The position numbers were made by a program, and so were the translations under genes. Shown in pieces: positions 46,304 to 55,772 of a stretch of DNA of 64,000 nucleotides. Under the pieces are notes generated by a model, which was given only the letters and a program-made list of their open reading frames with translations, had not been told where the DNA came from and ran no database searches. The stretch comes from an uncultured bacterium (lineage in GTDB: Bacteria; Actinomycetota; Acidimicrobiia; Spongiisociales; UBA5794): the NCBI GenBank assembly GCA_963801165.1, contig CAWDDT010000006.1, forward strand, positions 576,001-640,000, read 5' to 3'. Positions within the stretch are counted from its first letter, which is position 1; each line of letters opens with the position of its first letter.

Positions 46304-46319
46304 GAATGATCGTTTATTC
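46304..46319. promoter_or_regulatory. Imperfect palindrome upstream of the SDR gene, candidate TetR operator
   Basis: GAATGATCGTTTATTC, AT-rich; TTGACA on the minus strand just upstream. Confidence 0.4.
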
Positions 46320-46353
46320 GGCGGCAAGTGCGTGCCGTGTCAAGGCGATCGGA

Positions 46354-46580
46354 GATGGGTGCCTGGTCGCACTCCCCTACGGTTCGGAAACTGACTGGTT
46401 GTAGAACCTCATGGCGGCCGGCGCAGCCACCATCGTGCATGAGGGTGAGACGATCACAGTCGATCGGCTTCGCGTAGTTTCGATCGACGCCGTCCGTCAC
46501 GCGTTCGGTGCCGCCGACCAACAGGCTCACCGCGCCGTCGGGTGTCGCCGACTGCCTTCTCCTGCACCGGTCGGATTGAC
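46354..46580 (+). pseudogene. 3' remnant of a deazaflavin-dependent nitroreductase-like gene
   Basis: DGCLVALPYGSETDWL*NLMAAGAATIVHEG...; in-frame TAG at 46402-46404, no N-terminus, late frameshift. Confidence 0.5.
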
Positions 46581-46633
46581 CTGTCGTCGCCGGCCATTGT
46601 CATTTCCGGGCAACAGGCTGGCAGAATCGACGC

Positions 46634-47608
46634 ATGGAAGAAACGAGCTACGAGGTCGACGGCGATGTCGTAGCGGTCACCCATCCCGACAAGGTGATGT
46701 TCCCAAGGCAGGGGTGGACCAAACGCGACCTCGTCGAGCATTACGTCACATGTGTGGACGGTGCCCTCGCCGGAATCTTCGGACGCCCGACGATGCTCAA
46801 GTGCTTCCCACGGGGCGTTGGGGAGAAGCCCTACTTCAGGAAGCGGGCACCTGCATCGGCGGGAGAGCGCGTTTTCGTCAAGTTCCCTTCCGGCAGGACC
46901 GCCGGGTACTTCGTTCCCCGGACTCCGGCAGACGTCGTCTGGATGGCCCAGCTCAACTGCGTCGACCTCAACCCCTGGCCGACCCGGGTCGAGCATGTCG
47001 AGAATTCGGACGAGCTGCGCATCGACCTCGACCCCACCCCGCAGGCGACGTGGAAGGACGTGCAGCAGGTGGCGCTCGAGGTAAGACGGGTGCTCGCCGA
47101 CTTTGGCCTGACCGGCTTTCCCAAGACATCCGGATCGAAGGGGATCCATATCTATGTGCGGATCGAGCCCCGCTACTCCTTCCTCGATGTCCGCACGGCC
47201 GCGCTGGCGTTTGGTCGTGAGGTAGAGAGGAGACGGCCCGACATCGTCACGACACAATGGTGGAAAGAGAACCGGCACGGGGTGTTCATCGACTACAACC
47301 AGAACAGCCGGGACCGCACCATAGCCAGCGCCTACTCGGTTCGTCCCACCGGTTGGGTCTCGGCGCCCCTCACCTGGGACGAGGTCCCTGAGGCGGAGCT
47401 GGCCGACTTCCCGATGGTCGGATTTGCGGCGCGATATGCAGAAGTCGGCGATGTGATGGAGGCGATCGACGACCACAGCTTCCGCCTGGACGCTCTGCTC
47501 GATCACGCCCGCCGCGACCAGGCGGGCGAGCTGAGCGGCGAGCCGTGGCCGACCAGTTTCGGCAAGCCGCGGGGGCGCCGCAGCTGGTGGCCGCCTCAGC
47601 TTCCTTGA
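46634..47608 (+). CDS. LigD-type stand-alone primase-polymerase domain protein
   Basis: THPDKVMFP...TK.DL..HY, ELRIDLDP, KTSGSKGIHI, FIDYNQN.RDRTIASAYSVR, VSAPLTWDE. Confidence 0.9.
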   Translation: MEETSYEVDGDVVAVTHPDKVMFPRQGWTKRDLVEHYVTCVDGALAGIFGRPTMLKCFPRGVGEKPYFRKRAPASAGERVFVKFPSGRTAGYFVPRTPADVVWMAQLNCVDLNPWPTRVEHVENSDELRIDLDPTPQATWKDVQQVALEVRRVLADFGLTGFPKTSGSKGIHIYVRIEPRYSFLDVRTAALAFGREVERRRPDIVTTQWWKENRHGVFIDYNQNSRDRTIASAYSVRPTGWVSAPLTWDEVPEAELADFPMVGFAARYAEVGDVMEAIDDHSFRLDALLDHARRDQAGELSGEPWPTSFGKPRGRRSWWPPQLP

Positions 47609-47639
47609 GGTTTGAGTTTGGCTTGGCCAAACTCAAACC
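47609..47639. terminator. Perfect hairpin between convergent genes
   Basis: GGTTTGAGTTTGGC-TTG-GCCAAACTCAAACC, 14-bp stem. Confidence 0.7.
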
Positions 47640-47662
47640 CGACGCGCGCCAGCGAAACCTCC

Positions 47663-49057
47663 CTAGTCCCGATACGTCCAGTCCGGCCGCTTGTGCTCCT
47701 GATTACTGTCGTAGGTCACAACCCCGTCAGCGATATCGACGATCTTGGGCGTCGGTATCTCCCGTGCCGCGACGCTGCACCGACCTTCCAGGTGCACGGC
47801 GAACTCGTCGGGGAACATGCGGAGGATGCTGGAGATCACGTTCCGCTCCTGGGTCGGCAGGTAGCAGCGGCTCCCATCGGCGACGATGCGAAGCCGCTCT
47901 CCGATCACGTGAATGTCGCTCTCGGAACCGGTGCCGACACGAATGCGATCGAGCGCACGGGTGATCTGGCCGGTGCCGAGCTTGCAGGGGACACATTGAC
48001 CGCACGACTCGACGGAGAGGAAACGAGACAATGTGTGGGCAACCTCGACCATGCACGCAGTGTCGTCATAAGCAGTGAACCCCGCGGCACCGAGACCCGA
48101 CCCAATCGCCTGCATGTCCTCGTAGGTCAGAGGCGTGTCGAACCCGTCGGGGACGATCACGGCGTTCGCTACGCCCGGCACCACCGCAACGATGTCATGA
48201 CCCGGATACGGACCACCGGAAAGATCGAGCAACTCGCTGAGCGTCGTGCCCATCGGCAGCTCGCGAACCCCCGGGCTGACGACGTCGCCTACGACCGTGC
48301 ACACGATTGTTCCCGGCGACTCTTCGGTGCCAACCGTGCGGAACTCATCGGCTCCGTTGGCCAGGATCCAGGTGACTTGCGCCAGGGTCTCGGCATTGTT
48401 GACCAGGGTTGGGTTGGATATCTCGTCGCCAAGGGCGTCTGCCACGAATTCGTGTGCGTCCCATCCCAGCTGAGGTGCCGCTACAAACAAGCCGTGTAGG
48501 TACGGAGGGAGCCAGCGCGGCATCGGATCTCTGCCTTCGATGACTTCGAGAAGCGCCTTCTCCTCACCGAACAGGTATTCCTGCGGCCCGCTCACGATGG
48601 TCATCGCGATACCATCCACCCAGCCGGCTTGCTCCATCTCCTGCAACGCGCCGGCAAGACGCTGCCGCTCGATCTCGAAGGACGCCTTGAGGGCGACGAA
48701 CGCCCCAGCCGCGTCGACAGTCCTGGCGGCGATCAACATCCCCTCGAGCACCTGGTACGGGTTGGCGCGGATGAGGGTCCTATCCTTGAAGGTACCCGGC
48801 TCGCCTTCTGCGGCGTTGCAGACCGCAAACCGCGTGCCTTCACCTCCTCGCAGAATCGATCGCCATTTGACCCCGGTGGGAAATCCGGCACCTCCGCGGC
48901 CACGCAGACCCGCCCCCGCCAATTCGTCGACCACGGCTGTCGCTGTCATGTCACGCGCTCGCGTCAATGCCGTTCCGCCGCCAGCGGCAACGTAGTCTTG
49001 CAGCGAGTCGATGCTCCGTTCCGGGAGCACCCGCCTGGGATGAGTGTGATCCGACAC
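47663..49057 (-). CDS. Stand-alone NuoF-like NADH-binding flavoprotein (FMN, 4Fe-4S)
   Basis: GLRGRGGAGFPTGVKW, CNAAEGEPGTFKDR, Y..GEE.AL, NNAETL, ESCGQCVPC..G. Confidence 0.87.
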   Translation of the reverse strand: MSDHTHPRRVLPERSIDSLQDYVAAGGGTALTRARDMTATAVVDELAGAGLRGRGGAGFPTGVKWRSILRGGEGTRFAVCNAAEGEPGTFKDRTLIRANPYQVLEGMLIAARTVDAAGAFVALKASFEIERQRLAGALQEMEQAGWVDGIAMTIVSGPQEYLFGEEKALLEVIEGRDPMPRWLPPYLHGLFVAAPQLGWDAHEFVADALGDEISNPTLVNNAETLAQVTWILANGADEFRTVGTEESPGTIVCTVVGDVVSPGVRELPMGTTLSELLDLSGGPYPGHDIVAVVPGVANAVIVPDGFDTPLTYEDMQAIGSGLGAAGFTAYDDTACMVEVAHTLSRFLSVESCGQCVPCKLGTGQITRALDRIRVGTGSESDIHVIGERLRIVADGSRCYLPTQERNVISSILRMFPDEFAVHLEGRCSVAAREIPTPKIVDIADGVVTYDSNQEHKRPDWTYRD

Positions 49058-49230
49058 GACAGGTCGACCTCGTGAATGGCAAGCGCCTCACCTTCGACAC
49101 TAACCGGTATCGGATGGCTCGGTGCCCAACAAGAAGTCTGTCCGAACGTCCAGATCGGCGAGTTCGGCCGGTTCGGACACCAGGTCGCAATGTGGCTCCT
49201 GGCGCACGAGGTTTGTGCAAGCATGGGCCC

Positions 49231-50436
49231 GTGAGATCCCGGATCCCCGCAGCCTTCCGCAACCTGCCCCGCACCGTCGTTGCCCTCGGCTTCGTCAGCT
49301 TCTTCACGGATCTCTCCAGCGAGATGATCTACCCGCTGCTCCCGCTCTTCCTAGTCGACGTGCTCGGGGCGGGAGCGGTTGCCCTCGGGACCATCGAAGG
49401 AATCGCGGAATCGACCGCCGCCCTGCTCAAGGTGGTCTCGGGTTGGTGGACCGATCGGTCAAGACGGCGCAAACCACTCGTCGTCGGTGGCTACAGCCTC
49501 TCCGGGTTGGTCCGACCGCTGATCGGGCTCGCCGGGACCTGGCCCGTCGTCGTCCTACTCCGATTCGGGGACCGGGTCGGCAAGGGCCTGCGGACGTCTC
49601 CCCGCGACGCCCTGATCGCCGATGTCACTCCCCCGCAGCGTCTCGGCGCCGCCTATGGGTTACACCGCGCCATGGACCATGGCGGAGCAGTCGTGGGCCC
49701 GCTGGCCGCGGCGGGCCTCTTGCTTCTTCCGGGGATGACCCTGCGTCGTGTCTTTGTGCTGGCCGCCGTCCCCGCTGCGGTGGTGGTTGCCGTTCTGGTC
49801 TTCGCCGTACATGAGCAGGGCCGGACCGCGGAGGCAGTCGCCGAGCCGGTGTCGCTCCGGCTCGGCTGGAACGCGATGGGGACCCCGATGCGACGGTTGC
49901 TCCTGGCGCTCGTCGTGTTCACCCTCGGCAACAGCACCGATGCCTTCCTGCTCTTGCGACTCACCGACGCCGGGTTTGCGGCCACGTGGATCGCAGTGCT
50001 TTGGTCGCTGCATCATGTGGTCAAGATGGGCGCCAACCTCTACGGCGGTCACCTCTCCGATCGGCTGGGGCGGAGGAACCTGATCATCGCCGGCTGGATG
50101 GTCTATGCGGCGATCTACGCCGGATTCGGGCTGACCTCGGGCACTGCAGCCCTCGTCGCGCTGTTCCTCGGTTACGGGATCTATTTCGGTCTGACCGAGC
50201 CCGTCGAGCGGGCCTGGGTCGCTTCTCTCGCCCCGCAGGAATCAAGAGGATCTGCGTTTGGCTTCTACCACGGCGCCATCGGGCTGACCGCGCTGCCGGC
50301 CAGCATCATCTTCGGCGTCATCTACGCCGCAGCCGGCCCGGGTGCCGCCTTCGGAACCGGCGCCGCGCTCGCGCTCGTCGCCACGGCGCTGCTGCTGCGG
50401 GTGCCGGCTACCCAGCCCTTGGTGGCCAATCCGTAG
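49231..50436 (+). CDS. MFS transporter
   Basis: VSFFTDLSSEMIYPLLP, SG.WTDR.RRRK, DRVGKGLRTSPRDALIAD, G.HRAMD, GHLSDRLGRR. Confidence 0.92.
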   Translation: MRSRIPAAFRNLPRTVVALGFVSFFTDLSSEMIYPLLPLFLVDVLGAGAVALGTIEGIAESTAALLKVVSGWWTDRSRRRKPLVVGGYSLSGLVRPLIGLAGTWPVVVLLRFGDRVGKGLRTSPRDALIADVTPPQRLGAAYGLHRAMDHGGAVVGPLAAAGLLLLPGMTLRRVFVLAAVPAAVVVAVLVFAVHEQGRTAEAVAEPVSLRLGWNAMGTPMRRLLLALVVFTLGNSTDAFLLLRLTDAGFAATWIAVLWSLHHVVKMGANLYGGHLSDRLGRRNLIIAGWMVYAAIYAGFGLTSGTAALVALFLGYGIYFGLTEPVERAWVASLAPQESRGSAFGFYHGAIGLTALPASIIFGVIYAAAGPGAAFGTGAALALVATALLLRVPATQPLVANP

Positions 50437-50596
50437 CCTCGAGCTCACGCCTCACGCTTGCGAGCACGCCTAAATGCAGAGCAACCGACTCGGCCCTCAC
50501 GCCCCGCCATGACGCACATGAAGACGGTCAGCCATGCCGGCGGGTTCCGGATAGTTCCACACACCAGACCGCCCCCGATCTATATCCTTTGTGTGA

Positions 50597-53239
50597 ATGC
50601 GCATGACGCCTGCTGACTCCCTGCCGACGGGACCCATCTCGTTTCTGTTCACCGACGTGGAGGGCTCGACGCGCCTGGTCCAGGCTCTCGGCGAGTTGTG
50701 GGTGGATGTACTCGCACGCCACAACGCCATATTGAGAGAAGCCGTTGGCGCGTCGGCCGGATTCCCCATCAAGACGGAAGGCGACTCGCTCTTTGCCGTA
50801 TTCGGGGACGCCCGTGCCGCGGTCGCAGCTGCCGTGCACGCGCAGAGGCGCCTCGCGTCCGAACCCTGGCCGGAGGGTCACGATCTTCGGGTACGGATGG
50901 GCATTCACACCGGTGAGGCGGCACTCGTCGGGGCCGATTACGTGGGTCTCGAGGTACACCGGGCGGCCCGGATCGCCGATGCCGCCCACGGTGGCCAGAT
51001 TGTGATCTCAGAACCGACCGCGATCCTGGTCGAGGCGGATCTTCCCGAAGGAGCGTCGGTCCGCGACCTCGGCAAGCATCGTCTCAAGGACCTGTCCGAA
51101 CCCGAGGGGCTGTTTCAGGTGACGATCGAGGGCTTGGCCGCCGAGTTTCCGCCACTGCGTACCCTCGATGCCATTCCGAACAACTTGCCTGCGCAGGTGA
51201 CCACTTTCGTCGGCCGGAAGACGGAACTCGCCAAGGCGGTCGAGTTGCTCAGCGGCACGCGGGTTCTGACTCTGACCGGCCCCGGTGGGACGGGGAAGAC
51301 ACGGTTGTCACTTCAGGTCGCCGCCGAAGTGAGCCATCTCTTCGACGATGGCGTCTTCTTCGTTGAATTGTCCCCGGTGCTCGAGGTCGAGATCGTCCCA
51401 TCGGTCATCCTCAACGCCCTTGGACTGTCGGCCTCGAGCAAGGACGAGACGCCACGGGAGCGGCTTGTCAATCAGCTCCGCTCGAAGGCTGTGTTGCTCA
51501 TCCTCGACAACTTCGAGCAGCTTCTGAGCGCTGCGCCTATCGTGTCCGAGATGGTCCGTGGCGCGCCACGATCCAAGTTCGTCGTCACGTCCCGGGCGCC
51601 TCTGCGCATCAGCGGCGAACAGGAGTTTCCGGTTCCCCCGCTGGCAACCGGCGGAGCGGCCACCGTCGAAGCCGCGCTCACAATCGAGGGCGTTCAGCTA
51701 CTCATCGACCGGGCCATGGCGGTGCGGCCCGATTTCTCACTGACACCCGGGAATGTCGCGGCCGTGGTCGAACTGGTCGAGATGCTCGACGGTCTTCCCC
51801 TGGCGATCGAGTTGGTGGCGTCGCGGATCCGTCTGCTCCCGGTCGAGTCGATCCTCAACCACCTCGACGCCCGCATGCTCAGCTCAGGGTCGGTCGATCT
51901 GCCCGAGCGCCAGCGGACGATCACCAACGCGATCGATTGGAGCTACGGACTGCTCGGCCCCGCCGAACAGCACCTGTTCAGGCGGCTCTCGGTCTTCTCC
52001 GGGGGCGCTCGACTCGAAGAGATCGAGGCACTGTGCCTGGGCTGGGACCTCGGCATCCACCTCCTCGATGGCTTGCAGGTCCTCGTCGATCACAGCTTGC
52101 TGAGCGCGATCGCCGCACAGCCCTCTCCCCGGTTCCGCATGCTGCATGTGATCCGCGAGTTCGCCATGGAGCGGCTCGCAGAAGCGGGTGAAGCAGAGGC
52201 CGCGCAGGTAGCCCATCTCGATGTCTATACCGAATTGGTCGAGGGTGCGGCTCCCGAGCTGCTTAGAAAGGATCGTCGCCGCTGGCTAGACCTCCTCGAC
52301 GCAGATCACGACAACATCCGGGTGGCTCTGGAGTGGGGCGTGGCCAGCGGCCGCAACGAGCTGGTACAGCGTCTTGCCGCGGCATCGTGGCGTTTCTGGC
52401 AGGCGCGTGGCCATCTGCATGAGGCGAAGTGGCGGCTCGAGCAAGCACTGGCAATGGCAGGAGGGAACGACCGGCACCGGGCCAAGGTGCTCGAAGCCCT
52501 GGGTGGTGTCTATTGGTGGCGAGGCGAGATGGGTCGCTGCGTCGAAATGTACGAAAGTGCATTGGAGTTGCACCGAGCCATTGGTGACGAGCGCGAACTG
52601 GCCAACGCCTTGTACAACTACGGACTGTCGGTTGGGTTCCATCTCTCCGAGTCTGATCGATCGAGGGCCGTCATCGGCGAGGCCCGGGAGATCTACGAGC
52701 GGCTCGGCGATGAGGACGGCCTGGGTGATGTCGCCTGGGGGTTGGGCAACGCACTCGTCGCAGATCGGCAGCCTGCGGCGCTCGAGGAGTTCAAGAAGGC
52801 CGCGGCGCATTACGGCATCTCGGGCAACGAGTTCGGACTCGGATGGTCGACATTCGAGGTGGGTGGCTACTACGCCCGGACGGGCGACTTCGAGAACGCC
52901 TGGCCGCCCTTGCGACAGGCCATGGAGCTGTTCGGATCACACCAGGACGTCTCCGGCGTCGTAATGGTCGGCTCCGAACTTGCCGCCGTCGCGCTCGGGC
53001 TCGGCGACAGGTCGAGAGCGTACCGGATGGCCGGAATGGTGGACACACAACGTGTGGCTTCCGGCGTCGACCTCGTGTCGATCGACTTCAACGTTCACGA
53101 GGGCTTGGAGCGAGAGACGCTGGGCCGGCTGGAGGGAGACGACCGGGTCGCATACGAAGAGGGCAAGCGAGCCGATCTCCCCACGCTTGTGGCGTACGCG
53201 CTTGCCGGTCCCACCGACGCCGAGCGACACGTCGCATAG
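50597..53239 (+). CDS. Class III nucleotide cyclase + STAND ATPase + TPR protein
   Basis: LFTDVEGST, KTEGD, VRMGIHTGE, HRAARI; NNLP...FVGR, LTGPGGTGKTRL, LILDNFEQ, LDGLPLAIEL; C-terminal TPRs. Confidence 0.9.
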   Translation: MRMTPADSLPTGPISFLFTDVEGSTRLVQALGELWVDVLARHNAILREAVGASAGFPIKTEGDSLFAVFGDARAAVAAAVHAQRRLASEPWPEGHDLRVRMGIHTGEAALVGADYVGLEVHRAARIADAAHGGQIVISEPTAILVEADLPEGASVRDLGKHRLKDLSEPEGLFQVTIEGLAAEFPPLRTLDAIPNNLPAQVTTFVGRKTELAKAVELLSGTRVLTLTGPGGTGKTRLSLQVAAEVSHLFDDGVFFVELSPVLEVEIVPSVILNALGLSASSKDETPRERLVNQLRSKAVLLILDNFEQLLSAAPIVSEMVRGAPRSKFVVTSRAPLRISGEQEFPVPPLATGGAATVEAALTIEGVQLLIDRAMAVRPDFSLTPGNVAAVVELVEMLDGLPLAIELVASRIRLLPVESILNHLDARMLSSGSVDLPERQRTITNAIDWSYGLLGPAEQHLFRRLSVFSGGARLEEIEALCLGWDLGIHLLDGLQVLVDHSLLSAIAAQPSPRFRMLHVIREFAMERLAEAGEAEAAQVAHLDVYTELVEGAAPELLRKDRRRWLDLLDADHDNIRVALEWGVASGRNELVQRLAAASWRFWQARGHLHEAKWRLEQALAMAGGNDRHRAKVLEALGGVYWWRGEMGRCVEMYESALELHRAIGDERELANALYNYGLSVGFHLSESDRSRAVIGEAREIYERLGDEDGLGDVAWGLGNALVADRQPAALEEFKKAAAHYGISGNEFGLGWSTFEVGGYYARTGDFENAWPPLRQAMELFGSHQDVSGVVMVGSELAAVALGLGDRSRAYRMAGMVDTQRVASGVDLVSIDFNVHEGLERETLGRLEGDDRVAYEEGKRADLPTLVAYALAGPTDAERHVA

Positions 53240-53463
53240 CCGACGGCGAGCAACCGGCGGTGACATGTCGAGGAAATGGCGGCGACGGATGGTGGCCACA
53301 CACAAAGCAATCCGACACCAACGTCACAGCCATCCTGCAACGCGGTGGATAAACGCTGACGCCGTTACACCAGACTGTCACCGCAATCCTTGATCGGCCC
53401 TCGCCAGCACAATCGAAACCAGCAACCGCTTGAACGCCTCCGGCCAAACCCGTGAGGCCGGCG

Positions 53464-54099
53464 CTATGCGATATGTACCTGCAGAACTCCGGCAGCGTCG
53501 ATCCAGGCGGAGACAACAACCTCTTTGTTTCCGCCCTTGTGCCAGGTCCTGATAGTGATCGCCGACCCGTCATCCTGCACCACTTCACCCTGCCAATTCT
53601 TTTTCAGCGAAAAGTCTGCGATGCGTAACTCCCCACTGACAACCTCAAACGTCACCCAACCAGAGCCCATGTCAACAGTCACCGACTGATCCGCCGGCAC
53701 CCCATTCGCAGGGACCGTCGTCGAAGTAGTCGTCGTCGTAGGAATCGTCGTAGTTGTCGTAGTTGTCGTCGTAGGAATCGTCGTAGTAGTCGTTGTCGTG
53801 GTAGTCGTTGCAGGTATCGTCGTGGAAGTCGTGGTCGTCGTAACAGGAGCGGCAGTCGTGGTAGTCGACGGCGGAGCCAAAGTAGTTGTAACGCCGGGCC
53901 CCGGCGTAGAACCATCAGTAGTCGACGTCTGATGCGACGAAGCCATGTCGCCCTCGAGCGCGTAGAACTGTGTACTCATCGCCGAACTGATCAGATCCAG
54001 CGCCGAAATGGCCGGAACCATGAGCAACGAGACAATCAACGCGTATTCAACCATCGAAGCGCCTCGTTCGCTGCGCATCCCACGAAACATCCTTCTCAC
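53464..54099 (-). CDS. Flp/Tad-type prepilin with Thr-rich linker and C-terminal domain
   Basis: SERG^ASMVEYALIV class III signal and pilin motif; about 70-residue T/P-rich tract; beta-rich C-terminal domain. Confidence 0.78.
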   Translation of the reverse strand: MRRMFRGMRSERGASMVEYALIVSLLMVPAISALDLISSAMSTQFYALEGDMASSHQTSTTDGSTPGPGVTTTLAPPSTTTTAAPVTTTTTSTTIPATTTTTTTTTTIPTTTTTTTTTIPTTTTTSTTVPANGVPADQSVTVDMGSGWVTFEVVSGELRIADFSLKKNWQGEVVQDDGSAITIRTWHKGGNKEVVVSAWIDAAGVLQVHIA

Positions 54100-54192
54100 A
54101 ATTCACCATCCAACATCGGGTAGGGGTAACAAACGGCTTCGTTGACAACCACAACAGTGGTCAATACAGGCGACACAGCAAGGGACACAAAC

Positions 54193-54247
54193 CGTCAAAG
54201 AATCACAACGTCAAAGAATCACAACGTCAAAGAATCACAACGTCAAA
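54193..54247. repeat. 16-bp tandem repeat (CGTCAAAGAATCACAA) x3.4
   Basis: Units at 54193, 54209, 54225 plus partial CGTCAAA at 54241; upstream of the pilin gene. Confidence 0.9.
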
Positions 54248-54584
54248 TTCACCACTGAGCGACACAAAATCGCAGCACCGTGCAGCTCGAATCACCATCC
54301 GAGAATCCGCCACCAACACAACGGCAGCTTCATCGATCAGGCACTCGTACCCTGGAGCCGAATCCGGTGAACTAGCTTCCGGAATCTGCTGCACCTTCTG
54401 ATGTACACCATCGGTCGCATGCGGCACAAACCTGAGGCTTTCAACCGCGGTGAGAATCTCACAGATTACGGCGCGAGGCCGCACAATGATGTGATTCCAT
54501 GGAGAGCAATGGGAACACGCTTGCGAATCGAAAGGAGCAGCCATTCCCCCGCCCTTATTGAAGAGACCCCCTTCACGGAGCGAC

Positions 54585-55694
54585 TTATGTGTCTCCCATC
54601 CGGTGCAACAGATCATCCAAGAGTCCGGCTTCATCGACAAGGGGCTTGACGGTGCCTGCCCCCCGACGGCACCACGTGCACAGCACGCGCCCGTCCTTGC
54701 CAGGGCTTGCTGCCGTGGCGGTGCTGCAGCTTTCGCACGGGACAGTTGTGCCCGACACCAGGGCCCGTCGGTCGGCCGGATACTCGACCCGATCGCCGAA
54801 CAAGATGGCGTCGTCGGGACAGGCCACGGCGCAGACGCCACAGTCGAGACAGATCGCCGGCAAGAAGGTGATCGAGAAGACGTCCTCGCCGGTGTCCTGT
54901 TCTAGAGCGTCGGTGGGGCAGAACTTAGAGCACAGACCGCAGGCGGTGCAGCGTCCAGGATCGACCCGAGCGTCGGCTAGCGGGGCGAGGGCGGTGCCGA
55001 GGACGTCGACTGAATCGAGGTAGGTGAGCAGACGCCGGCGCGATGCGGGCAAAGGGCCTTCGCGATCGACCAGGCCCGTCGCTTCCTCTCGCAGTGAGCG
55101 GAACAGTGCGCGTCGCGTGAACCGTGGACGGCTGCCCTCGATGATCTCGTCTGGCGGCGTCCCCGAAGGCTCGGCCGAGGCGAGGCGAACCGGCTCCGAA
55201 CCGGACAGGAGCGCGTTGGCGGCTTGGGCCCGAGCGACAATCACGCTCTGAAGCGAACCTATTGGGCAGGTGTCACAGAGCGAGTCGTCGAGCACGAGTG
55301 GGCGGCTCCCGCCCGCGGAAAGTCCGAGGAGGGTGGCCTCGTCGAGGCTCCCCAGGCATCGGGTATGGGCGACCACCGACTCGACTCCGAGAGGGGCACC
55401 AGACGGATCGGAGCGGCGAGCACAAACAACACCGAGTTCCTTCGGCTGCGCCTGTTCGACAGATCGAAGAAGGGTCCGTTCGGTTCGATCGTGGGGGCCA
55501 AAGACATCGGTGGGACATACCGCGATGCATGCTCCGCACCCGATGCAGGAATCCGGGCTGAGACTAGGTGCCGGACGATCCATTGCGATGGCGCCGGTCG
55601 GACACGCCCCGGCGCACCGCAGGCATCCGGCATCTCGGTGCACGAGGTTGAGACACCGATCCCGGTTTGTTGGCGGAACCGTTGCGCCGATCAT
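54585..55694 (-). CDS. Polyferredoxin / 4Fe-4S binding protein
   Basis: C..CAGACP, CIGCGAC...CP, CTACGLC...CP, CLDCGVC...CP plus further Cys pairs. Confidence 0.85.
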   Translation of the reverse strand: MIGATVPPTNRDRCLNLVHRDAGCLRCAGACPTGAIAMDRPAPSLSPDSCIGCGACIAVCPTDVFGPHDRTERTLLRSVEQAQPKELGVVCARRSDPSGAPLGVESVVAHTRCLGSLDEATLLGLSAGGSRPLVLDDSLCDTCPIGSLQSVIVARAQAANALLSGSEPVRLASAEPSGTPPDEIIEGSRPRFTRRALFRSLREEATGLVDREGPLPASRRRLLTYLDSVDVLGTALAPLADARVDPGRCTACGLCSKFCPTDALEQDTGEDVFSITFLPAICLDCGVCAVACPDDAILFGDRVEYPADRRALVSGTTVPCESCSTATAASPGKDGRVLCTWCRRGAGTVKPLVDEAGLLDDLLHRMGDT

Positions 55695-55772
55695 CGGGGA
55701 CGTCCACGCGGCATCGTGGGGCCGGATACGATCCGGCCCCACGATCGGTGCCTAGGGAGGAGGGGCTTCGGG

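Noticed and set aside
50597-53239. Avs-like antiphage STAND system
   Set aside because: Cyclase-ATPase-TPR proteins are a common actinobacterial signalling family; no nuclease or other effector and no defence-island context.
54450-54462. CRP/GlxR site GTGAGAATCTCAC
   Set aside because: Spacer is 5 nt rather than the 6 nt of TGTGA-N6-TCACA.
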